Of a stretch of 43,313 nt of DNA, positions 26,098 through 35,097 are shown one piece after another. Source of the DNA: Gemmatimonadales bacterium (GTDB taxonomy: Bacteria; Gemmatimonadota; Gemmatimonadetes; Gemmatimonadales; GWC2-71-9); NCBI GenBank assembly GCA_036375015.1, contig DASUSR010000122.1:1-43313 (forward strand), in the 5' to 3' direction. Every line of letters starts with the position of its first letter. The stretch's first letter is position 1. A program made the position numbers and the translations under genes. Under the pieces are notes generated by a model. It saw only the letters and a list, made by a program, of their open reading frames with translations, was not told where the DNA came from and ran no database searches.

Positions 26098-27267
26098 TTC
26101 GCTCTTCCCGCCTCTCCCCGCCAGTGCCTGCTCCAGATCCCCGACGATGTCCTCCGCGTCCTCCAGCCCGCAGCTCAGCCGCAGGAAACCGTCGGGGATG
26201 CCGGCCGCGGCGCGGGCCGCGGGGTCGAGATTGCGGTGGCTGGTGAGCCGCGGCTCCGAGACGAGGCTCTCAACGCCTGCCAGGCTGGGGGCGTGGGCGA
26301 CCAGCTTGAGCCGGCGCAGCATCCGTTCCGCCGCGCGGAGGCCGCCCTTGAGCTCGAGCCCGACCATCCCGCCGAACCCGGCCAGCAGCTCCCGGGCGAG
26401 GGCGTGGTCGGGATGCGAGGCGAGACCGGGATAGTGCACCCGGGTGACGGCGGGATGCTGCTCCGCCCAGGTCGCGACCGCCAGGCCGTTGGCATTGTGC
26501 CGCTCCATGCGCACCGCCAGCGTGCGGAGCCCCCGGTCCACCAGCCAGGCGGCGTGCGGATCGAGGGCGGGGCCCCAGCAGCGCAGCAGGCGGTTGGCCT
26601 CCTCCACCAGGCTCGCCGTTCCCGCGATGGCGCCCGCGAGCACGTCGTTGTGGCCGTTGAGGTACTTGGTAGCGCTGGTGATCACGATGTCCGCCCCGTG
26701 CTCGAGGGGCCGGAGATTGATCGGGCTGGCGAAGGTGGCGTCCACCAGCAGGGCGAGGCCCTGCTCCCGCGCCGCCCGCGCCACCGCGGCCAGGTCGAGC
26801 ACCCGGACCAGCGGGTTGGTCGGGGTCTCGACGAAGATGGCGCGGGTGGCCTTGCGGACCGACTGCCGCCACTGCCGGGGCTGCTCGGGATCGACGTAGG
26901 TGACGTCGATCCCGAGCCGGGTGAGCTCCTCGTCGAACAGCCGGCGGGTGCCGCCGTAGATCCAGGCGCTGCTGATCAGGTGGTCGCCCGGCCGGAGCAC
27001 GGCCAGGTGCGCCAGGGCCGTGGCGGCCGTCCCGCTGGCCACGAAAAGCGCGTCCTCCGCGCCTTCGAGCAGGGCGTACTTGCGCGCCAGCGCCGCCTGG
27101 CTCGGGGTGTTCCCGGACCCGGTGTACAGCACATCCTCCTCGGCGCCCACCGGGTTGGTGTAGGTGACGCTCTGGACGACGCTGGGAGTGACGGGGGCCC
27201 AGTCCGGCCGGCGCGACGGGTCGCCATGGATCGCCGTCGTCGAGAGGCCGAGCCGGCGCGGGGTCAT
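26092..27267 (-). CDS. Cys/Met-metabolism PLP-dependent enzyme (cystathionine gamma-synthase / beta-lyase / methionine gamma-lyase family)
   Basis: 391 aa from MTPRRLGLSTTAIHG. PLP-lysine motif ITSATKYLNGHNDVLAG. C-terminal LRLSCGLED. Confidence 0.85.
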   Translation of the reverse strand: MTPRRLGLSTTAIHGDPSRRPDWAPVTPSVVQSVTYTNPVGAEEDVLYTGSGNTPSQAALARKYALLEGAEDALFVASGTAATALAHLAVLRPGDHLISSAWIYGGTRRLFDEELTRLGIDVTYVDPEQPRQWRQSVRKATRAIFVETPTNPLVRVLDLAAVARAAREQGLALLVDATFASPINLRPLEHGADIVITSATKYLNGHNDVLAGAIAGTASLVEEANRLLRCWGPALDPHAAWLVDRGLRTLAVRMERHNANGLAVATWAEQHPAVTRVHYPGLASHPDHALARELLAGFGGMVGLELKGGLRAAERMLRRLKLVAHAPSLAGVESLVSEPRLTSHRNLDPAARAAAGIPDGFLRLSCGLEDAEDIVGDLEQALAGRGGKSEG

Positions 27268-27803
27268 GCGATGGGCAGCGGGTGGACCAGTACTCCGTCG
27301 GGGCGCACCAGGCGATGCATCGACAGGGCCTCCACGGCCTCGGCGGCCCGCGGCTCGCTCCAGCCGAGCATCCGGGCCAACTCCGCCGTGCTCAGCGGGC
27401 CGCGGTCGCACACGTAGGCGAACGCGGCCCGGGCGTCGCTGGTGACCCAGCCGAGCAGGCGGGGGCCGCCGTCGCCGTGGGGCACCGCGGCGACGGCGAG
27501 GCGGTGGTGGGTGAGCACGTGCTCGATGGCCTCGTGCTGGTCCTCACGCAGGCCCTGCAGGACCAGAAACCGCGCCGGCGGGGCGTTCGCGAGCAGCAGC
27601 TTGGCCACGATCTCGTCGGCGCAGCTGAGGTCCAGCAGCTCCACCTCGGAGAAATCCAGGAGGGCGGTGTGGCAGTCGGAGCAGGCGAGGGCCTGCTCGA
27701 TCCGGTTGCGCACCGCGGCGCCGGTGGGCCGGGTGACCAGGTTCCGGTACGGGGTGGTCACCGTCTCGCGCAGCAGGTGGCCGATGCGGATCGTCTGGAT
27801 CAT
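27264..27803 (-). CDS. STAS-like (DUF4325-type) domain protein with C-terminal winged-helix-like domain
   Basis: 179 aa from MIQTIRIG. LVTRPTGAAVRNRIEQAL...ALLDFSEVELLDLSCADEIVAKLL resembles my recollection of the DUF4325/STAS-like family. The C-terminal LSTAELARMLGWSEPRAAEAVEALSMHRLV looks HTH-like. ATGA overlaps at both ends. Confidence 0.55.
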   Translation of the reverse strand: MIQTIRIGHLLRETVTTPYRNLVTRPTGAAVRNRIEQALACSDCHTALLDFSEVELLDLSCADEIVAKLLLANAPPARFLVLQGLREDQHEAIEHVLTHHRLAVAAVPHGDGGPRLLGWVTSDARAAFAYVCDRGPLSTAELARMLGWSEPRAAEAVEALSMHRLVRPDGVLVHPLPIA

Positions 27804-28702
27804 CGCGGATCGGCGTCCTGCGCGGGGATGATGATCTGCACCTGGGCTCCGGGAAAGAACGGGAGGTGGTCGGCGAGCGGGACGTCCTCGTCCCACTGGG
27901 GCACGATGGCCAGGCGGGCGGTACCGCTCCGGATGGAGATCTTGCCCTTCCACTGGTCGAGGAACCGCTTGATGAAGGCGAGGCCCTGCCCTCGACCCGG
28001 ATCGCGGAAGCGGCTCACCCCCTGGATGAGCGCGGCCTCCAGCGCGGCGCCGTCACCCCAGCGCTCGCCGAAGCGCTTGGCGTGGGTGGTCTCGAGCGAC
28101 CGGCGGAAGCCGATGCCCGAATCGCTCACCGCGATGACCACCACCCGCCGACCGAGCCGCCGGCGGAAGGTGTAGGCCTGCACTGCGACCCAGCCGCTGG
28201 TGCCGGCGTGCTCAACAATATTCTGGCAGGCTTCGGAAAGCGCCATACTGAAGCGCAGCGTCGCCTTCATCTCCAGCCCGAGCTCGCCGTGCAGGATGCG
28301 CGAGGCGCCCTGGGAGATCTTCTCCACCACCTCGTGCACGTCCTCGGTGGCGCGCACCGGAGTCACGTCCAGCAGCACGTCCGACGGCCCGGCGGCCGAG
28401 GCCTTGGGGACGCGGCCGTGCAGCTCGAACAGCTCCGCGGCGTGGCGGAAGAACCCCGCGCGCGCCCAGTAGCGCTTCACTTCGTCGTTGAGGGGCACCG
28501 TGAGGAGCGGCCGATCGCGCCTGGCCTCCGCCAGCGCCTGACCCGCCGTGAGCAGGCCGACCAGGCCGTAGGGCGAAGCCCACTGCGCGCCGCGCGCATC
28601 CACCAGCAGCCGCTCCTCCGGCGGCCAGCTCCCGAAGCCGGCGGCAAATTGATCGAAGCTCCGGTCGTCGAGGTGGGCGGGGACCTCGATGACCCGGCTC
28701 AC
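27800..28702 (-). CDS. GHKL-superfamily ATP-binding protein (RsbW/SpoIIAB-like anti-sigma-type kinase fold) with ~100-aa N-terminal extension
   Basis: 300 aa from the GTG (VSRVIEVP). N-box SEACQNIVEHAG, G1 VSDSGIGF and G2 GRGQGLAF. No TM segment, no HisKA or H-box. GTGA overlap with the PfkB stop. Confidence 0.7.
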   Translation of the reverse strand: MSRVIEVPAHLDDRSFDQFAAGFGSWPPEERLLVDARGAQWASPYGLVGLLTAGQALAEARRDRPLLTVPLNDEVKRYWARAGFFRHAAELFELHGRVPKASAAGPSDVLLDVTPVRATEDVHEVVEKISQGASRILHGELGLEMKATLRFSMALSEACQNIVEHAGTSGWVAVQAYTFRRRLGRRVVVIAVSDSGIGFRRSLETTHAKRFGERWGDGAALEAALIQGVSRFRDPGRGQGLAFIKRFLDQWKGKISIRSGTARLAIVPQWDEDVPLADHLPFFPGAQVQIIIPAQDADPR

Positions 28703-29694
28703 GGCGTCACCAGCAGCCCGCGCAGGTGACGGGACAGCCCCCCGGCGCCGCGAAAGGTCGCGTTGCGCGAGGCCATCGCCACCGCCCGCCGCAGCGCCTC
28801 CTCCACCGGATCTCCCGCGAAGAGCCGGGCGGCCGCGGCGGCGCCGAACACGTCGCCACAGCCGGTCGGGTCGAGGGCCTCGACGGCCGGCGCTGGAACC
28901 AGCGCCGACCTGGGCAGGTCCCCCTTGGTGTCCAGGCGACCTCCGCCCATGGCCAGCCGCCCCGCCGTCCCTCCGCCCCGCGGCCCCTCCGCAAACCCGG
29001 CGAAGCCGGTGTTCGCCACGAACGCCGCGCCCTTCGGCCCCAGGGTCACGATCAGCAGCGAAACGCCGGCGCCCATGCCCTCGGCGGCGAGCGTGAGCGG
29101 ATCGGGGGAGAGCAGTCGCATCTCGTCCTCGTTGAGCTGCACGACGTCGAAACACCCCAGCCAGGCCACCGCATCGGGGAGGCCGCGGGGGAATCGTACA
29201 CCGTCGTGGTGCATGCCCAGCAGCAGGCTGTGCAGGTCGGCGTAGATCGGCCCGTCGAACCCCCGGCGGAGCGCCTGGGCGGTGCCGAGCGACAGCTCGA
29301 AGCCGGAGATGAAGTTCACATAGAGCGCGTCCAGGTCGCGCACCATGGGTCCCAGCTCCGACCAGGTCCAGCCGGGCACGCCGCCCGACATCCGCTCGGT
29401 CCGCCGCTCGCTCGAGTGGTAGTGCAGCACCACCCGGTTGTTGGGGACCGGCACCTCCACGCAGCGCGCGCCGGGCGCGAGGTTCTCGAGCCCGCGGAGA
29501 AACTCCTGCGCCCGCCCGGCGAGGTCGCTCCCCACCTTGATCAGCGGCACGATCTCCCATCCCGTCGCCACGCTCGCGTCGAGTCCCGCGAGCGCATAGG
29601 CGATCCCGCCCCACTCCTCGACCGGGGGCGCCCCCGCATCGCGGCCGTAGATGAGGTCCCAGACCAGGGAGCCCAGGATCCCGATCCTAGGCAT
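28699..29694 (-). CDS. PfkB-family carbohydrate kinase
   Basis: 331 aa. C-terminal PfkB signature DPTGCGDVFGAAAAA. Substrate unknown; it could be a heptose or other sugar-phosphate kinase. Confidence 0.8.
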   Translation of the reverse strand: MPRIGILGSLVWDLIYGRDAGAPPVEEWGGIAYALAGLDASVATGWEIVPLIKVGSDLAGRAQEFLRGLENLAPGARCVEVPVPNNRVVLHYHSSERRTERMSGGVPGWTWSELGPMVRDLDALYVNFISGFELSLGTAQALRRGFDGPIYADLHSLLLGMHHDGVRFPRGLPDAVAWLGCFDVVQLNEDEMRLLSPDPLTLAAEGMGAGVSLLIVTLGPKGAAFVANTGFAGFAEGPRGGGTAGRLAMGGGRLDTKGDLPRSALVPAPAVEALDPTGCGDVFGAAAAARLFAGDPVEEALRRAVAMASRNATFRGAGGLSRHLRGLLVTP

Positions 29695-29751
29695 GGGCGG
29701 CGGGGCGGCGCGGCGACGGAACGGTCGGGCCTCCCGGGAGGGAGCGCCACT

Positions 29752-30753
29752 TCACCGTGCCACCTGCCCCGCCGCGCCGCTGCCCGGCTGCGATGCGTCG
29801 ATGAAGATTTTCGCCGCGCCGTACACCCCGGCCGTGCCCTTGAGCTCGCCGGGGACGATCCGGCACGCGGTGACCGCCGGCTTGAAGGCGCGGCGGGCCA
29901 CCTCGCGGCGGAGCGGGATGAACAGGTGATCGCCGGCCAGGGTGACGCCGCCGCATACCACCACCACCTCGGGGTTGAACACGTTGAGCAGGTTCGCCAC
30001 CCCGACCCCGAGGTACTTGGCGGTGTCGTTCACCACCTCGAGCGCCAGCTCGTCGCCCGCGGCGGCCGCCTCGTAGACGGTCTGGGCGGTGATCCGGTCG
30101 AGCTGCCCGCCCACCCGCTCGGGCAGCCGGCTTTCGGCGCCGGCCTCGAGCGCCTCCCGCGCCCGCAGCGCGATGTTGGGTCCCGAGGCGTAGGCCTCGA
30201 GGCACCCGTAGTTGCCGCATTTGCAGCGGCGGCCCTCGGGGTCGATGGTGGTGTGCCCGATCTCGCCGGCGACGTCCGAGGCCCCGTGATAGAGGTGCCC
30301 GTCCAGGATGATGCCGCCGCCGATCCCGGTCCCGATGGTGAGACCGATCGCGTGGCGGCTTCCCCGCGCCGCCCCCACCCACCACTCTCCGAGCACCGCG
30401 CAGTTCGCGTCGTTGTCCAGCGCCGCCGGCAGGCCCAGCCGGTCGTGGATGATCTGGCGGAGCGGCAGGTTGACCCAGCCCAGGTTGGGCGTGAGCAGCA
30501 CGATGCCGCTGCGGGTGTCGAGCGGTCCCGGGGCGCCGACGCCCACGCCCACGATCTCGGCACCGCGCACTTCGCGGCGGGTGTCGGCGATGGCGCATTC
30601 GGCGAGCGTCACCAGGCGATCCACCACGTCGCTCGAGCCCGCCTCGGCGTGGGTGGGCTCGGTGTGCACGCCCCTCAGCGCCGAGCCGTCCTCCGCCACG
30701 CATCCGACGACGAGGTTGGTGCCGCCGATGTCAATGCCCAGGACAAATCGCAC
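29752..30753 (-). CDS. ROK family kinase (glucokinase-like)
   Basis: [26 protein letters not shown] and zinc motif GHTTIDPEGRRCKCGNYGCLEAY. Confidence 0.9.
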   Translation of the reverse strand: MRFVLGIDIGGTNLVVGCVAEDGSALRGVHTEPTHAEAGSSDVVDRLVTLAECAIADTRREVRGAEIVGVGVGAPGPLDTRSGIVLLTPNLGWVNLPLRQIIHDRLGLPAALDNDANCAVLGEWWVGAARGSRHAIGLTIGTGIGGGIILDGHLYHGASDVAGEIGHTTIDPEGRRCKCGNYGCLEAYASGPNIALRAREALEAGAESRLPERVGGQLDRITAQTVYEAAAAGDELALEVVNDTAKYLGVGVANLLNVFNPEVVVVCGGVTLAGDHLFIPLRREVARRAFKPAVTACRIVPGELKGTAGVYGAAKIFIDASQPGSGAAGQVAR

Positions 30754-31762
30754 GCCGCGTCTCCACCGTTGTCGTGGCGCTCACCGCCGCGAGGACCGTC
30801 TCCACCGAGAGCTCGCGCATGCACCGGTGATGGATGAGGGGACACACCTGCGGCCCGTGCGCCGAGCAGGGCCGGCAGGCGAGGCCCGGATGCCCCAGCG
30901 CCGTGTCACGGGGCCCGCGGGGTCCGAAGCCTTGCGCCGGCACGGTCGGGCCGAAGATCGCCACCACCGGCGTTCCGACGGCGGTGGCCAGATGCAGCGG
31001 CGCCGAATCGTTGGTGACCAGGACCCGGGCCCGGGCGATGAGTGCCGCGGACTGCCGCAGCGTCAACTCTCCCGCGGCCACGTGGATTCGGGCCGGCGCC
31101 GCCGCGGCCACGGCCTCCGCCAGCGGGAGGTCGTCCGGACCGCCGACCACGACGACCGGGCCCTCGAGCGACGCGGCGAGCTCGGGATACCCCGGCCAGC
31201 GCTTGGTTCCCCAGATGGACCCCGGCGCCAGCGCGGCGAACCCCGGTGCGACCCCGCGGCGAGCCAGCCACGCATCGGCCGCGCACTGGTCCTCGCCGGT
31301 CAGGCCGAGCGACACGGCCGGAAGCTCGATCACCTCACCCGCGAGCGCGAGGAGACGCTCCACCTCGTGCCCCTGGCCCGGACGGCGGACGCGCGCGGTA
31401 TAAGTAATCGCGGCCGGTGCGTCGGCGAAGCCGGTGCGTTCGGGGACGTCGGCCAGCAGGGCGAGCGCCGCCGAGCGCCAGGACCGGTGTGGGAGAAAGG
31501 CCCGCTGGTAGCCCCGCGCGCGGAGCCCGGCGCCCGCCCGCCACAGACCGCCGAGTCCCGCATCCGCCCCGCGCTTGTCGTAGCGGGCCACGGCGCGCAC
31601 CGCCGGGTGCGTCTCCAGCAGCGGGGCGGCCGCCGGCGTGGTGACCACGTCCACCGGCCCGAACCGCCCCGCCAGCGCCGAGAGCAGCGGCGTCGTGAGC
31701 ACCACGTCGCCCAGGAACGCGGTCTGGATGACGAGGGTCCCGCCCCGCTGGCCGTCCCTCAT
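30731..31762 (-). CDS. glycosyltransferase family 9 (heptosyltransferase-like)
   Basis: 343 aa from [30 protein letters not shown] and [30 protein letters not shown] overlap with the lepA stop and 23-nt overlap with the ROK start. Confidence 0.85.
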   Translation of the reverse strand: MRDGQRGGTLVIQTAFLGDVVLTTPLLSALAGRFGPVDVVTTPAAAPLLETHPAVRAVARYDKRGADAGLGGLWRAGAGLRARGYQRAFLPHRSWRSAALALLADVPERTGFADAPAAITYTARVRRPGQGHEVERLLALAGEVIELPAVSLGLTGEDQCAADAWLARRGVAPGFAALAPGSIWGTKRWPGYPELAASLEGPVVVVGGPDDLPLAEAVAAAAPARIHVAAGELTLRQSAALIARARVLVTNDSAPLHLATAVGTPVVAIFGPTVPAQGFGPRGPRDTALGHPGLACRPCSAHGPQVCPLIHHRCMRELSVETVLAAVSATTTVETRRAICPGH

Positions 31763-33558
31763 TCCACCTGCAGCACCGCCAGGAACGCCTCCTGCGGGAT
31801 CTCCACCGCGCCGATCTGCTTCATGCGCTTCTTCCCCTCCTTCTGCTTCTCGAGGAGCTTGCGCTTGCGGGTGATGTCGCCGCCGTAGCACTTGGCCAGG
31901 ACGTCCTTGCGGAAGGCGGAGATCGTCTCGCGGGCGATGATCTTGTTGCCGATCGCCGCCTGGATCGCCACCTGGTAGAGCTGCCGGGGGATGAGCTCCT
32001 TGAGCTTCTCCGCGACCTTGCGGCCGTACTCCTGCGCCTTGTCGCGATGGATGATGACGCTGAACGCGTCGATCGGGTCGCCGTTGATCAGCATGTCCAG
32101 CTTGACCAGGTCCGACTCGCGGTAGCCCGCCATCTCGTAGTCGAGCGAGGCGTAGCCCCGGCTCAGCGACTTGAGCTTGTCGTAGAAGTCGAGCACGATC
32201 TCGCCCAGCGGGAAGTCGAACTGGAACTCGACCCGCGTGGTGTCCACGTAATGCATCCCGTGGTACACCCCCCGACGCTCCTGCCCCAGCTTCATGATCC
32301 CGCCGATGTAATCGGACGGCGCCATGATGCGGGCCTTCACGTAGGGCTCCTCGATCCGCGCGATGGAAGCCGGGTCGGGCAGGTTGGTCGGGTTCTCCAG
32401 CAGGAGCATCTCGCCGTCGGTCTGGTAGACGTGATACTCCACCGTCGGCACGGTGCTGATGAGGTCGAGGTTGAACTCCCGCTCCAGCCGCTCCTGTACG
32501 ATCTCCATGTGCAGGAGGCCGAGGAAGCCGCAGCGGAAGCCGAAGCCGAGCGCGGTGGACGACTCGGGCTCGTAATGCAGGCTGGCGTCGTTGAGCCGGA
32601 GCTTCTCCAGCGCGTCCCGCAGCCCCTCGTACTGGTCCGAATCGGTGGGATAGAGCCCCGCGAACACCATCGACTTGACCTCGCGATACCCCGGCAGGAG
32701 CTCGGCGGCGCGGTCGTGCGCGTCGAGGATGGTGTCGCCCACCCGCGCGTCCCGCACGTCCCGCAGGCTGGCCACCAGGTAGCCCACCTCGCCCGCCTCG
32801 AGCGCGGGCGCGGGGTGCTGCCCCAGCTGGAGGTAGCCCACTTCGTCCACGTGGTAGACGTCGTCCGGGTGCGAGCCGAAGGTGATCTCCATGCCTTCCC
32901 GCACTACGCCGTCCACCACCCGGATGCTGGGGATCGCGCCGCGGTAGCGGTCGTAGTAGGAGTCGAAGATGAGCGCGCGCAGCGGCGCGTCCTCGCGGCC
33001 GCGGGGCGGGGGCACCCGGGCCACCACGGCCTCGAGCAGCTCGGGGACGCCGGTGCCCTCCTTGGCCGAGACCGCGAGAATCTCCTCCCGCCGAGCCCCG
33101 ATCAGGTCCATGATCTCCTGGGCCCGCTGTTCGGGCTCGGCGCCGGGCAGGTCGATCTTGTTGAGCACCGGGATGATCTCGAGCCCGGCGTCGAGGGCGA
33201 GGAAGAGGTTGCTCAGCGTCTGGGCCTGCACCCCCTGCGAGGCGTCCACCACCAGGATCGCGCCCTCGCAGGCCGCGAGCGAGCGGGACACCTCGTAGGT
33301 GAAGTCCACGTGCCCCGGCGTATCGATCAGATTGAGCTCGTACTCGCTGCCGTCCCGCGCGGTGTAGCTCATCCGGACGGCGTTGAGCTTGATCGTGATC
33401 CCCCGCTCCCGCTCGAGATCCATGGTGTCGAGGAGCTGCTCCCGCATCTGGCGCTTCTCCACCGCGCCGGTCGCCTCGATGAGGCGATCCGCCAGGGTGG
33501 ATTTGCCGTGGTCGATGTGGGCGACGATGCAGAAGTTGCGGATGCGGGACTGGGACAT
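31759..33558 (-). CDS. lepA: translation elongation factor 4 (LepA)
   Basis: [34 protein letters not shown] and the conserved LepA C-terminal domain. Confidence 0.97.
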   Translation of the reverse strand: MSQSRIRNFCIVAHIDHGKSTLADRLIEATGAVEKRQMREQLLDTMDLERERGITIKLNAVRMSYTARDGSEYELNLIDTPGHVDFTYEVSRSLAACEGAILVVDASQGVQAQTLSNLFLALDAGLEIIPVLNKIDLPGAEPEQRAQEIMDLIGARREEILAVSAKEGTGVPELLEAVVARVPPPRGREDAPLRALIFDSYYDRYRGAIPSIRVVDGVVREGMEITFGSHPDDVYHVDEVGYLQLGQHPAPALEAGEVGYLVASLRDVRDARVGDTILDAHDRAAELLPGYREVKSMVFAGLYPTDSDQYEGLRDALEKLRLNDASLHYEPESSTALGFGFRCGFLGLLHMEIVQERLEREFNLDLISTVPTVEYHVYQTDGEMLLLENPTNLPDPASIARIEEPYVKARIMAPSDYIGGIMKLGQERRGVYHGMHYVDTTRVEFQFDFPLGEIVLDFYDKLKSLSRGYASLDYEMAGYRESDLVKLDMLINGDPIDAFSVIIHRDKAQEYGRKVAEKLKELIPRQLYQVAIQAAIGNKIIARETISAFRKDVLAKCYGGDITRKRKLLEKQKEGKKRMKQIGAVEIPQEAFLAVLQVE

Positions 33559-33574
33559 GGGGTGAAAAGATAGC

Positions 33575-33607
33575 GGGGCGGCGGGGCAGGAGGGCAGCGG
33601 GGTGGGG
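33575..33607 (+). other. G-quadruplex-capable tract GGGGcggcGGGGcaggaGGGcagcGGGGtGGGG in the lepA/DMT divergent region
   Basis: Five G3-4 runs separated by 1-5 nt on the + strand, verified through an overlapping ORF translation. Confidence 0.5.
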
Positions 33608-33616
33608 CGGCGCGTG

Positions 33617-33622
33617 TAGATT
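33617..33622 (+). promoter_or_regulatory. -10-like hexamer TAGATT 5 nt upstream of the GTG start (possible leaderless transcript)
   Basis: TAGATT then cgtgc then the GTG at 33628. No Shine-Dalgarno sequence and no convincing -35. Confidence 0.25.
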
Positions 33623-33627
33623 CGTGC

Positions 33628-34569
33628 GTGATCACCGCCCGCCCCGCCGCCCCGCCGCCCCGCCGCCCGGCGATCGCCGGCGACCTCGGCATGCTCACCG
33701 TGGCCCTCATCTGGGGCCTCAACTTCAGCGTCACCAAGGGCGCGTTCGACCGCTTCCCGCCGCTGGCCTTCACCGCGGTGCGGTTCGCCATCGCGGGCGC
33801 GCTGCTCTACCCATTGGCGCGTGGCGGCCCGGCAGACCCGCCGCTCACCCGGGCGACGTGGGCACGGCTGGTGGTGCTCGGAGTCGTGGGGAACACCCTC
33901 TACCAGCTCGGCTTCATCTCGGGCCTCGCGCTCACCACCGCCTCCAGCAGCGCGCTCATCCTCGCCTCGATGCCGTCCATCGTGGCACTGCTCGCGGCCG
34001 GCCTGGGCCTGGAACCGGTGCGGCCGGGGGTGCTCGTCGGCGTCCTCGTCGCGACCGCGGGGGTGGTGCTGGTGGTCGCCGCTCGGGGCGAGGGGTTCAC
34101 CGGCGGCAGCCTCACCGGGGACCTGCTGACGCTCGGCGCGGTGGTCTGCTGGGCGGGATATACCCTGGGGCTGCGCGTCGTGCAGGGCGTCTCGCCGCTC
34201 CGGATCACGGCCGTCACCACCGTCGCCGGCGCGCCGGGCCTGGTGCTGGCCGGCATGCCGCAGCTGCTGGGCATGGACTGGGGAGCGGTCGGACTCGCCG
34301 GGTGGGGAGCGCTGGCCTACGCGACCGTCTTCTCGTTGCTGATCGCGTATCTGATCTGGAACCGGAGCGTCCAGCAGGTCGGCCCCAGCCGCACGGTGGT
34401 CTACATGTGTCTGACGCCGCTCATCGCGGTGCTCGGCGCCGCGCTGCTCCTCGGCGAGCGGCCCCGGCCCACGCAGGCGGCGGGCGCCGCCCTGATCATC
34501 GCCGGCGTGCTCCTCACCCGCCGGGGGTCGGCGCTCCGGGAGAGCGGGGTGGTCGCGCCGGAGGGATGA
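33628..34569 (+). CDS. DMT family transporter (EamA-like)
   Basis: 313 aa, 10 TM. Two EamA repeats ([12 protein letters not shown]...; [11 protein letters not shown]...). An alternative start is Met22 at 33691. Confidence 0.85.
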   Translation: MITARPAAPPPRRPAIAGDLGMLTVALIWGLNFSVTKGAFDRFPPLAFTAVRFAIAGALLYPLARGGPADPPLTRATWARLVVLGVVGNTLYQLGFISGLALTTASSSALILASMPSIVALLAAGLGLEPVRPGVLVGVLVATAGVVLVVAARGEGFTGGSLTGDLLTLGAVVCWAGYTLGLRVVQGVSPLRITAVTTVAGAPGLVLAGMPQLLGMDWGAVGLAGWGALAYATVFSLLIAYLIWNRSVQQVGPSRTVVYMCLTPLIAVLGAALLLGERPRPTQAAGAALIIAGVLLTRRGSALRESGVVAPEG

Positions 34570-34573
34570 GCCG

Positions 34574-34936
34574 CTAGGGCGCGCTCCCGCCGGGTTGCCC
34601 CTCCAGCTCCTCCAGCCGGGCCATGGCCCGCCGCAGGTGCGGGATCACGATGCTCCCGCCGACCACCAGCCCCACCGCGAAGACCTCCAGGAACTCCTCG
34701 CGGGTGACTCCCTCCTCGCGGCACCGGATCACGTGATAGGTGACGCAGTCGTCGCAGCGGAGCACCAGCGAGGAGACCAGCCCCAGCATCTCCTTGGTCC
34801 TGGCGCCGAGCGCGCCGGGCTCGTAGGCCCGGTGGTCGAGGTTGAAGAACCGGTTGATGGTGAGGTTGCCCGCGCCCAGGATCAGGTCGTTCATCCGGGT
34901 GCGGAAAGCGTTGAAGTCCGCGATCGTGTCGGGCAT
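34574..34936 (-). CDS. carboxymuconolactone decarboxylase / AhpD-like family protein
   Basis: 120 aa from MPDTIADF. CxxC motif [10 protein letters not shown]. An alternative start lies 8 codons upstream (MTGGILPR). Confidence 0.8.
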   Translation of the reverse strand: MPDTIADFNAFRTRMNDLILGAGNLTINRFFNLDHRAYEPGALGARTKEMLGLVSSLVLRCDDCVTYHVIRCREEGVTREEFLEVFAVGLVVGGSIVIPHLRRAMARLEELEGQPGGSAP

Positions 34937-35097
34937 GCGCGGCAATATACCACCCGTCATGGCGCCAATCGCCCGCGATTCCGATGGAAGGTCCAGGTGT
35001 CGGCCGAGAGCCGCCACCCGCCCGTGTCGAGGTGCCCGCCGCCCGTGGAGCAGCGCCGGTTCGCGCCGTGGGTCGAATGCGAGGGAGAGGAGGAGCT

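Noticed and set aside
29730-29741. Perfect 12-nt palindrome CCTCCCGGGAGG between ROK and PfkB genes as a terminator
   Set aside because: The stem-loop geometry is too tight for a stable hairpin (at most 4 bp with a 4-nt loop). It could be a protein site, but a single palindrome in GC-rich DNA is weak evidence, so it is only mentioned within the operon finding.
27800-30837. 604-aa minus ORF (27800-29614) and 703-aa plus ORF (28726-30837)
   Set aside because: The first is the GHKL gene extended through the PfkB gene in another frame. The second is antisense to the PfkB and ROK genes. Neither extension has motifs.
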